A stretch of 32,000 nucleotides of DNA. Source: Candidatus Saccharimonadota bacterium. Lineage in GTDB: Bacteria > Patescibacteriota > Gracilibacteria > UBA4473. Numbering within the stretch: position 1 is the stretch's first letter; the number at the start of each line of letters is the position of its first letter. The translations under genes and the position numbers were made by a program. The notes beneath the pieces are model-generated. The model was not told the DNA's origin. It did not search any database and saw nothing but the letters and a program-made list of their open reading frames with translations. Location of the stretch: positions 30,001 through 62,000 of the forward strand of contig JACKFV010000001.1 in assembly GCA_020632335.1 (NCBI GenBank), given 5' to 3'. This document shows positions 22,952 through 30,348 of this stretch, piece by piece.

Positions 22952-24974
22952 GGGGGTAGTGGGTAAAGAAATCGGTGATAAGGCCCGTCACATGAGTAAT
23001 TTCCTCCGGGGTGAGGGTGTGATCCGCCGCCTGCAGCCGGCACCGGTAGACGTGGTTACACTGGGTGTCTCCCCAGCGCTGGGCGTCGTGGTAGGTACTC
23101 AGCAGCTGCGCATGCGTGATGCGCCCGTCCAGCCCCTGCAGCGCTGTGATGAGGGGTCCGCTCTCGGTACGCGTGGGCAGCAACACCGAGACGTCGCGGT
23201 GCACCGCAGGGTAGGGCGATGGCGGGGTATACTGCCGCACGGTAGTCTCCGCTATAGCCAGCAGCGCAGCGGTAGAAAGCTCTGCAAAGACCACACTGGT
23301 CCCCTCAGGCACAGCGTGTGGGTGTACCACGCTGAGGATCCCTATCTCCTGCCCATCTACCTGTAGCACGCCGGTATTCTCTGGGTGGCAGAGCGCATGT
23401 GGCGGCGCTCCCCGCGTGACGGTCAGCGTGCGGTGCTGCATATCCAGCAGCGCCTGGAGATCCTCCCGCAGGGCCGCGAGCTGCTCACCGGCGTCCTCCC
23501 CTCGCCCGCCACGCACCAGGCAGTAGTGCGATTTTTCCTCCACCGCCGGGCTGGCCTCACGGTAGACATGGCCCCACTCCACCAGCCGCAGGTCCTCCTC
23601 GCTACGCAGGGGCACCTCGGCCTGAGCCACAATGCCGGCAATGAGCGTCTGACGCAGGAGCCCCTGAGCACTACTGAGTGGGTTGCTCACCGCTACGTAG
23701 TCGCTGAGGCCCGTCATCTTGGGGCGGTCCTCCGGCGCGAAATCATAGCCCATGTACTCGTTGTAGCCCCGTGCACTGAGGCACTGCAGCAGGCCCCGCG
23801 TGTAGTGCTGCTCGGCATTGGGTGGCAGCGGCGCGAGAGGAAAACTCGGCAGTACGCCCTCTATATGGTGGAATCCATACACCCGCATTACCTCCTCATA
23901 TACGTCTGCTACGTCGGTGATGTCCTTAGTGGCGCGCCAGCTGGGCGGCGTTACACTCCACTCTGTGGGCGAATACACCACCACGGTGAACCCCAGCCGC
24001 TCGAGAATGCCCTGCACGGCGGCATTGGTAATGGAGATACCGCTGACCTGCCGGAGCCGCTCGGGGCTGAGCGGTATAGGGCGGATGACCAGATGCTGCG
24101 GGTAGGAGTCCGTTATGCCGCTCGGCAACGTGACGCCAGGGCACGCTAGAGAGAGCTCCCGTAGCGCCTGGTGGAGTACGGGCACCACGTCCTGAGGGTT
24201 CAGCGATTTCTCAAACCGCACACTGGCCTCGGTGCGTATCCCCAGCCGTCCGGCCGTCCGCCGCACCTGCACGGGGTCAAAGTGCGCCGCCTCCAGGAGG
24301 ATACTGGTGGTCTGCTCGCTCACCGCGGTGCGCATGCCGCCCATCACCCCCGCTATCGACACCGGCCCCAGACTATCAGCAATGATGATATCCTCTCCGC
24401 TCAGCAGGTACTGCTCCCCGTCCAGCGCCAGCAGCCGCTCGCCCTCCCGCGCCATACGCACCGTGAGCGGACCTGAAATCTTCTCGGCGTCGAAGGCATG
24501 CATCGGCTGCCCGTACTGCAGGCACATCTGGTTGGTGATGTCTACCGCTGCACTCACCGGGCGCGTCCCCAGGGCCTGGAGCGTCGTCTGCAACGCGGCA
24601 CTACTGGGCTGATTCGGCGGGAGGTGCTCCACCCGTGCCAGCGCAAACCGGGTACACAGCGGCGTCTCTAGCGTGAGGGGAATGCGGTTATCTACCGGTA
24701 AGAGCGCCCCAGACCCGGACGAAAAATCCTCCAGAGGACTGCTGAACGGTAGGTCATAGAGCACCGCTATCTCCCGCGCAAACCCCAGGTGAGAGAAGAG
24801 ATCTGGCCGGTGGGTGAGCGTTTTATTGTCGATGTCGAGGAGTACTCCCGCCTCTGCCGTCTCGAGCAGGTCCTCTACCTCAGCCGTGTGCACCGTCAGC
24901 CGGTGGGTGAGGTCCTGCAGGTCTATACCGCTGATGTCGACAAAGGGCGCGAGCCACCGCAGAGAGAGCTTCAT
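22935..24974 (-). CDS. pheT: Phenylalanine--tRNA ligase beta subunit (short form lacking the N-terminal OB tRNA-binding domain)
   Basis: [34 protein letters not shown] (B1 domain) runs directly into ..[32 protein letters not shown] (B3/4). B5, the catalytic-like core and the C-terminal FDX-ACB-like region are present. 679 aa, versus about 795 in E. coli. Confidence 0.88.
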   Translation of the reverse strand: MKLSLRWLAPFVDISGIDLQDLTHRLTVHTAEVEDLLETAEAGVLLDIDNKTLTHRPDLFSHLGFAREIAVLYDLPFSSPLEDFSSGSGALLPVDNRIPLTLETPLCTRFALARVEHLPPNQPSSAALQTTLQALGTRPVSAAVDITNQMCLQYGQPMHAFDAEKISGPLTVRMAREGERLLALDGEQYLLSGEDIIIADSLGPVSIAGVMGGMRTAVSEQTTSILLEAAHFDPVQVRRTAGRLGIRTEASVRFEKSLNPQDVVPVLHQALRELSLACPGVTLPSGITDSYPQHLVIRPIPLSPERLRQVSGISITNAAVQGILERLGFTVVVYSPTEWSVTPPSWRATKDITDVADVYEEVMRVYGFHHIEGVLPSFPLAPLPPNAEQHYTRGLLQCLSARGYNEYMGYDFAPEDRPKMTGLSDYVAVSNPLSSAQGLLRQTLIAGIVAQAEVPLRSEEDLRLVEWGHVYREASPAVEEKSHYCLVRGGRGEDAGEQLAALREDLQALLDMQHRTLTVTRGAPPHALCHPENTGVLQVDGQEIGILSVVHPHAVPEGTSVVFAELSTAALLAIAETTVRQYTPPSPYPAVHRDVSVLLPTRTESGPLITALQGLDGRITHAQLLSTYHDAQRWGDTQCNHVYRCRLQAADHTLTPEEITHVTGLITDFFTHYPHATVL

Positions 24975-24980
24975 ATCGCT

Positions 24981-25008
24981 AGCCTACTAGCCACTCACCA
25001 GCTGTCCA
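24981..25008 (-). promoter_or_regulatory. Putative leaderless promoter of pheT: TGGACA-16-TAGGCT, then 6 nt to the ATG
   Basis: Minus strand: TGGACA (25008..25003), 16-nt spacer, TAGGCT (24986..24981), gap AGCGAT, ATG 24974. It occupies the 36-nt ftsK-pheT gap. Confidence 0.5.
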
Positions 25009-25010
25009 GA

Positions 25011-27347
25011 TTACCAGCCGTCATTCTCCGCACTCTGGAGGAAAATCTCCCGTGGCTTGGCCCCACGCGCTGGGCCAATGACCCCCCGTTCCTCCATCTG
25101 GTCCAGGATCCTCGCTGCGCGCGCGTACCCCACCTCCAGCAGTCGCTGCAGCATACTCGCTGAGGCCTTGTTGTACTGCAACACCAGCGCCACCGCCTTG
25201 TCATAGAGGTCATCGGTATCCTCATCGCTCAGGGGTTCTATGCCCGCGGTCAGCACGCCACCCTTGGCCATACCGTCTATTTTGTGCTCGGTGATTTCGT
25301 CTACGCGGGCTACCTCTGGGTAGTTGAGCTTCACGTTATTCACGATGCGCTCTATCTCCTCGTCGCGTATCCACAGGCCCTGTATGCGCGTCAGGCTGCC
25401 GTCGTTCCCGTTGAGGTAGAGCATATCGCCAAAGCCGAGGAGATCCTCCGCGCCGATCTGGTCAATGATGGTCCGGGAGTCTATCCCGCTGCTGACTTTA
25501 AAGGCTATCCTGGCGGGCAGGTTCGCCTTAATGAGCCCCGTCACCACGTCTACGCTCGGGCGCTGGGTAGCGATCATCAGGTGCATGCCCACTGCCCGGG
25601 CCATCTGTGCTATGCGGCATACCGCGGCTTCTACGTCTTTGCCGGCCACCATCATCAGGTCCGCTAGCTCGTCGATGACAATGACAATGTAGGGCTCTGG
25701 CGTCTCTTTGTACTTCTGGTTATAGCTCTTCAGGTCCCTTACCCCGCTCTCCTCCATCAGCTTATACCGCCGGTTCATCTCTGCTACCGCCCATGCCAGC
25801 GCGCTGGTGGCCTTATCGGGCTCGGTGATGACGGGCGTCAGCAGGTGGGGGATTTTATCATAGGGCTTGAGCTCCACGCGCTTGGGGTCTACGAGGATGA
25901 GTTTGAGCTCGCTGGGGCTGTTATTCCACAGCAGACTGCAGAGGAAGGCGTTCATCCCCACGCTCTTTCCGCTCCCGGTCTTCCCCGCTATCATGAGGTG
26001 CGGCATCTTGCTGAGGTCGGCTACTACCGCCTTGCCCTGCGCGTCACGCCCCATGGCCAGCTTCAGCTTGCTCTTCTGCTGGGCCCAGGCCTTGCTCTCT
26101 ATGATCTCGCGGAACCCCACATTCGCCCGCTCCGCATTGGGGATCTCTATCCCCACCAGGCTCTTCCCGGGTATGGGGGCTTCTATCCGCATCGTGGTGG
26201 CCGCCAGCGCGAGGCTCAGGTCTCGCTTCAGCCCGGCTATCTTGCTGATCTTCACCCCTGGGGCGGGCTCCAGCGCAAACTGCGTCACCGTCGGCCCCAC
26301 ATAGATGCTGCGCACCGTCACCTCCAGCCCGAACTGCTCTAGCTTCTGCACGATGCGGTCAGCCAGCTGTTGCAGCGCGGCTTCATCCGCCACGATGGTG
26401 CTGTGGTCGTTATAGAGGATCTCCCGGTTCAGCGGTATGAAAGGGATCTGCCGCGGGTTGAGCTCCGCCGGGGGGAGGTCACTGGTAGGCACAGCAGGTG
26501 GCGTAGGGGGAGCGGGCGGCTTAGCGTCCAGGCGGTCGGTAGCCGCTGAGAGAATCTCTGGCCGTTGCTTTTGCTCGGTCAAGTGAGGCTGTACTACGGG
26601 GCCACTACTGGTGATGGGAGTGCGGGGGTTGTCACCAGAGTTGATTACTTTTGCCCCCGGTATGGCTGCAGGAGTCCGCTGAAATAGCGCCAGAATATGC
26701 CGCACTCGCAGCCCAAATCCGAGCGTAAGAAAGACCCACAGCAGCCCGAGGAGGATCACCACCGCAAACACATCGCCAAAGAGCGAGCGGAGAAAATACC
26801 CCATCGCAAAGCCAATACTGCCCCCATAGCGGTCAGACTGCGCGGCAGATTCCTCCAGCGGCAGTGCCATATTCAGCAGCCCCAGCAGCGTAGCCACCGT
26901 ACCCAGCACCCCCAGCAGCTGCAGCGCCGGCATGGCTCGCCAACGCTTGCGCAGTACCTGCACCCCCGCCAGCAGCAGCCCCAGCCCCAGAGCCCACACC
27001 CCGGCTCCCACCGCGCGCCGCAGCAGCAGCTCCACACTGTCGCTCAGTGGCCCGGTGCTGAGCAGCAACGCGTACACCCCCACCCCCAGGGCTATGAGCC
27101 CAATGCCATAGACCTCTGCGCTGAGGTGCTCGTCCCAGTACTGTTCCCACGCCTCCTGCCGCTTGACTGCCGCTGCGGCCCTGGCCTGGACTTTCTCCTT
27201 CTGCCGGGCACGTTTTGCGGCTGCGGCTTCCCGCTGTTTCTCTTGCTGTAGTTGCTTTCTCGCTAGTTTCTCGGCTTCCTTTTTTATCAGCTTCTGCGGG
27301 ATTTTCACACTCGCGGTGTTCTTTTTCTTTGTCGTTATCTGGAACAT
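25011..27347 (-). CDS. ftsK: DNA translocase FtsK/SpoIIIE
   Basis: 778 aa. Lys-rich N-tail, four or more TM helices, a P-rich linker, motor domain (GKTGSGKSVGMNAF.., VIVIDELADLMM, ATQRPSVDV) and a gamma winged-helix (ASASMLQRLLEVGYARAARILDQMEERGVIGP). Confidence 0.95.
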   Translation of the reverse strand: MFQITTKKKNTASVKIPQKLIKKEAEKLARKQLQQEKQREAAAAKRARQKEKVQARAAAAVKRQEAWEQYWDEHLSAEVYGIGLIALGVGVYALLLSTGPLSDSVELLLRRAVGAGVWALGLGLLLAGVQVLRKRWRAMPALQLLGVLGTVATLLGLLNMALPLEESAAQSDRYGGSIGFAMGYFLRSLFGDVFAVVILLGLLWVFLTLGFGLRVRHILALFQRTPAAIPGAKVINSGDNPRTPITSSGPVVQPHLTEQKQRPEILSAATDRLDAKPPAPPTPPAVPTSDLPPAELNPRQIPFIPLNREILYNDHSTIVADEAALQQLADRIVQKLEQFGLEVTVRSIYVGPTVTQFALEPAPGVKISKIAGLKRDLSLALAATTMRIEAPIPGKSLVGIEIPNAERANVGFREIIESKAWAQQKSKLKLAMGRDAQGKAVVADLSKMPHLMIAGKTGSGKSVGMNAFLCSLLWNNSPSELKLILVDPKRVELKPYDKIPHLLTPVITEPDKATSALAWAVAEMNRRYKLMEESGVRDLKSYNQKYKETPEPYIVIVIDELADLMMVAGKDVEAAVCRIAQMARAVGMHLMIATQRPSVDVVTGLIKANLPARIAFKVSSGIDSRTIIDQIGAEDLLGFGDMLYLNGNDGSLTRIQGLWIRDEEIERIVNNVKLNYPEVARVDEITEHKIDGMAKGGVLTAGIEPLSDEDTDDLYDKAVALVLQYNKASASMLQRLLEVGYARAARILDQMEERGVIGPARGAKPREIFLQSAENDGW

Positions 27348-27353
27348 ACCCCC

Positions 27354-27359
27354 ACTATA
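27354..27359 (-). promoter_or_regulatory. -10 box TATAGT, 6 nt upstream of the ftsK ATG (leaderless geometry; -35 weak)
   Basis: Minus strand: TATAGT-GGGGGT-ATG(27347). The GGGGGT-ATG junction is identical to that of ruvA. Confidence 0.4.
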
Positions 27360-27442
27360 GCGCTCCTCCGCTGGTACGCCACTGCCAGGTATTGCGCTAC
27401 GGCAGAGGTGTGATAAAGTGTATCTAATCAGGCAGAGATCGG

Positions 27443-27471
27443 TTTACATCCTCCCGAGTATCGGCTATACA
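27443..27471 (+). promoter_or_regulatory. Putative leaderless promoter of the VanW gene: TTTACA-17-TATACA, then 6 nt to the ATG
   Basis: TTTACA (27443..27448), 17-nt spacer, TATACA (27466..27471), gap GAGGGT, ATG 27478. Confidence 0.55.
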
Positions 27472-27477
27472 GAGGGT

Positions 27478-28926
27478 ATGAAGCGATGGCTCTTGCTCGT
27501 CAGTCTGAGCGTCGGCACGGGCCTGAGCCATGCCGCGCTGCCCGAGCAGTTCATCCTCGACCTGCCCGAGGGCACCTATACCGTGGACCTTACTGAGAAT
27601 GAGACGCTGCTCAGCACGGTTATGCGGCCGGTGGTGCGCCTGGGGGAGCTCGCCCTGCCCTATGCCCCAGCAGTAGATACCCCGGAAGTCCTGGCCGGTG
27701 CAGACCCCGTCTACCCCCACTACGTCACGCTGGAGGCAAATACCACGCTGGACGGAGCCGCGCTGGAGGCGTATCTCACGCGGCGTGGAGCGGTGCGACC
27801 GGTAGGCAACACCCCCGTGAATATAGAAAAAACGGATACTGGCGTGCGCATCACGGGGCGGCCGTCGCTGGGGTATTGGCTGGATATTCCTCTGCTGATA
27901 CGCCTGGTGGAGGCTGTACCCACGCTCGGGACGCCACACATAGCGCTGCAGGGGCAGCTGCTCAGCCCCCCCATTACGGTGGAGGACAGCCTCTACCGCG
28001 AGGGAATACGGGAGATTATCGGCATCGGTGAGAGCTACTACTACGGCAGCCCTGCTGACCGCCGCACGAATATTGCTGTCGCCACCGCGCTCTATAACGG
28101 GGTACGGCTGGACCCAGGGGAGGTGTTCTCGTTTAACCGCATCTTGGAACCACACTTCAGCGCTGCGAATGGGTTTAAGGAGGAGCTGGTGATCAAGGGC
28201 GAGACGACCGAGAAAGAGCTCGGCGGGGGGGTGTGTCAGGTATCGACCACGGTGTTTCGCGCAGCGATAGATGCCGGACTGGAGATCGTCGAGCGCTCTC
28301 CCCACAGCTATGCGGTGCCCTACTACCGCGAACCCAGTGGCCATGGACTAGACGCCACGGTGTACTTTGGGGTGAAGGATTTCCGCTTCCGGAATGACAC
28401 CGAGAACCCCATACTCATCCAGAGCTATACCGAGGGCAGCGGGCTCTACTTTGTCTTCTACGGCACTCAGGACGGCCGCACCGTCACGCTGGAGAGTGAG
28501 GGCACCTGGGGCTACCACAGCGCGGGCGAGCCAGAAATCCGCTACACCACGGAGCTCCCCCCCGGTGCTGAGGAGGAGGTGAACCACGCCAAACAGGGAT
28601 TCCAGGCCCAGTGGGAGCGCACCGTGCACTACGCTGATGGCACCGAGGACACCGACACCTATTACTCCAACTACCGTGCCGTAGCGGCTGAGATCCTCCG
28701 TGGAGCTGCCGCTACCCCCGTGGTACCCACCCCAGAACCGGCAGTGACTCCCACGCCCGCTGCTCTAGAGGCGCCTATTCCTACCCCACGGGTCTTTGCG
28801 CCGCCCGTCATCACCCCGCCAAGCACCCCCACTAGCGCTACTACAGAGCCCTCAGACACCCCCACGACTCCCCCCATAGAGCCGAAGCGCGACCCCCGCC
28901 TGGAGTATATGCGGTCTCGGCAGTAG
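27478..28926 (+). CDS. VanW-domain protein with signal peptide and a P/T-rich C-terminal tail
   Basis: MKRWLLLVSLSVGTGLSHA, then ..GEVFSFNRIL..GGGVCQVSTTVFRAAIDAGLEIVERSPHSYAVPYY..GLDATV (VanW core). The C-terminus is about 80 aa of P/T/A low-complexity sequence. Confidence 0.85.
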   Translation: MKRWLLLVSLSVGTGLSHAALPEQFILDLPEGTYTVDLTENETLLSTVMRPVVRLGELALPYAPAVDTPEVLAGADPVYPHYVTLEANTTLDGAALEAYLTRRGAVRPVGNTPVNIEKTDTGVRITGRPSLGYWLDIPLLIRLVEAVPTLGTPHIALQGQLLSPPITVEDSLYREGIREIIGIGESYYYGSPADRRTNIAVATALYNGVRLDPGEVFSFNRILEPHFSAANGFKEELVIKGETTEKELGGGVCQVSTTVFRAAIDAGLEIVERSPHSYAVPYYREPSGHGLDATVYFGVKDFRFRNDTENPILIQSYTEGSGLYFVFYGTQDGRTVTLESEGTWGYHSAGEPEIRYTTELPPGAEEEVNHAKQGFQAQWERTVHYADGTEDTDTYYSNYRAVAAEILRGAAATPVVPTPEPAVTPTPAALEAPIPTPRVFAPPVITPPSTPTSATTEPSDTPTTPPIEPKRDPRLEYMRSRQ

Positions 28927-28927
28927 T

Positions 28928-28955
28928 TTGCCAGAGTGTAGATGGTCGTTACCAT
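28928..28955 (+). promoter_or_regulatory. Putative leaderless promoter of the second Nudix gene: TTGCCA-16-TACCAT, then 6 nt to the ATG
   Basis: TTGCCA (28928..28933), 16-nt spacer, TACCAT (28950..28955), gap GCCCGC, ATG 28962. Confidence 0.5.
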
Positions 28956-28961
28956 GCCCGC

Positions 28962-29486
28962 ATGACAACCTACACCACCTATACCAATGCGGAGAAAATC
29001 GCCTTCCGCAAAGCCCTCCCGAAGAAATATTGGTCCGCTGGAGCCCTCATCCCCGATACACAGGGGCAGTACCTGCTGGTGCATGACCACCAGGGCCGAT
29101 GGAATGTAGTAGGTGGCCTGGGGGATGCCGGCGAGACGCTCCTCGAGACCCTCTACCGAGAGATGCAGGAGGAGATTGGTCTGCAACTGCCCGTGCAGCA
29201 GCTCCTGGTGCTGGATGACAAGCAACTGATGATAGACGACTACTGCGATGAGAGCTGGCATACGCTCTGGCTCACCGCCCCCATTACTGAGGAGCAGAAG
29301 GCCTCTATACGCATCGACCACCAAGAAATCCTCGACTACGGGTTCTTCCCCTGGGAGAAATGCTTGGCCCGAGTACCCGACTCCCTCGCGAGGCGGCTTA
29401 CGCACCTCACTCCCTCCGCATGGGGATTTGTCTACCTCGAGAACGAGGAACTCCCCACACATCCCACCGCTTGCAGTGCTGGCTAG
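28962..29486 (+). CDS. Nudix hydrolase
   Basis: Canonical Nudix box GGLGDAGETLLETLYREMQEEIGL (Gx5Ex7REUxEExGU). 174 aa. Confidence 0.85.
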   Translation: MTTYTTYTNAEKIAFRKALPKKYWSAGALIPDTQGQYLLVHDHQGRWNVVGGLGDAGETLLETLYREMQEEIGLQLPVQQLLVLDDKQLMIDDYCDESWHTLWLTAPITEEQKASIRIDHQEILDYGFFPWEKCLARVPDSLARRLTHLTPSAWGFVYLENEELPTHPTACSAG

Positions 29487-29498
29487 CACCCCTATACT
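29471..29498 (+). promoter_or_regulatory. Putative leaderless promoter of ruvA: TTGCAG-16-TATACT, then 6 nt to the ATG
   Basis: TTGCAG (29471..29476) lies inside the 3' end of the Nudix CDS. 16-nt spacer, TATACT (29493..29498), gap GGGGGT, ATG 29505. Confidence 0.55.
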
Positions 29499-29504
29499 GG
29501 GGGT

Positions 29505-30074
29505 ATGATCGGCCTTCTCACTGGCACCGTACGGGGCATCACGGGTAGCCGTGTGCTGCTGATGACCTCTGGCGGGGTGGGCTATAGCGTCACTGCCGCG
29601 GGCGAGCTCCTCAGCCACTGCCGCCTGGGGGAGAGCCTGACCTGCTACATCTACACCGCGGTACGAGAGAACGACATCACGCTCTATGGCTTTGCGAGTG
29701 AGGGCGCGCTTCGGCTCTTTGAGCAGGTGATTCAGGTCAGTGGCATCGGGCCTAAGGTGGGCATTGCTATTGCCTCGGTGCCGCAGGAGAGGGTCTATAG
29801 CGCGGTGGAGCTGGGCGATATCTCTCTGCTAAAATCCATCCCTGGCCTTGGGCCCAAGACGGCGAAAAAGCTCGTGCTGGAGCTCCAGGGACGGCTTATC
29901 CTCGAACCTAATAGCACCGCGCAGCAGCCTAAAAGCCCTGCTATGGAGGACGCACTAGAGGCACTGGTGGGCCTGGGATATGAGCCAAAGACCGTCCACC
30001 AGGTGCTGGATACCGCGCCAGAGAGCCTCACTACCGAGGAGCTGGTGCGCTACTTCCTCACCCACCCCGCATGA
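29505..30074 (+). CDS. ruvA: Holliday junction branch migration complex subunit RuvA
   Basis: MIGLLTGTV....GGVGYSV (OB domain), two HhH motifs (VSGIGPKVGIAI; IPGLGPKTAKKLVLEL) and C-terminal domain III. 189 aa. Confidence 0.9.
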   Translation: MIGLLTGTVRGITGSRVLLMTSGGVGYSVTAAGELLSHCRLGESLTCYIYTAVRENDITLYGFASEGALRLFEQVIQVSGIGPKVGIAIASVPQERVYSAVELGDISLLKSIPGLGPKTAKKLVLELQGRLILEPNSTAQQPKSPAMEDALEALVGLGYEPKTVHQVLDTAPESLTTEELVRYFLTHPA

Positions 30075-30307
30075 TGCAGCGTCTACTCCTGGGGCTTGTG
30101 GCCCTCTATCAGCGTACCGTGAGCCCGCTGCTCAGCCTCACGCGCCACCCGCAGGACATCCCGCACTGCTGCAAATTCTACCCCAGCTGCAGTGAGTACG
30201 CCCGCCAGTGTCTGCAGAGGTATCCTTGGTATAGCGCTGTGGGGAGGAGTATCTGGCGCGTGGTGCGCTGTCACCCCTGGAGCAAGGGGGGCGTAGACCT
30301 GCCATAA
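30071..30307 (+). CDS. yidD: Membrane protein insertion efficiency factor YidD
   Basis: LYQRTVSPLL....CKFYPSCSEYARQCLQRY......IWRVVRCHPWSKGGVD is the YidD signature. Its start overlaps the ruvA stop in ATGA. Confidence 0.9.
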   Translation: MMQRLLLGLVALYQRTVSPLLSLTRHPQDIPHCCKFYPSCSEYARQCLQRYPWYSAVGRSIWRVVRCHPWSKGGVDLP

Positions 30308-30314
30308 GGCACTC

Positions 30315-30342
30315 TTGCCAGTTGCCGCGGCGCGACTACACT
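30315..30342 (+). promoter_or_regulatory. Putative leaderless promoter of the PBP gene: TTGCCA-16-TACACT, then 6 nt to the ATG
   Basis: TTGCCA (30315..30320), 16-nt spacer, TACACT (30337..30342), gap GCCCCC, ATG 30349. Confidence 0.55.
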
Positions 30343-30348
30343 GCCCCC

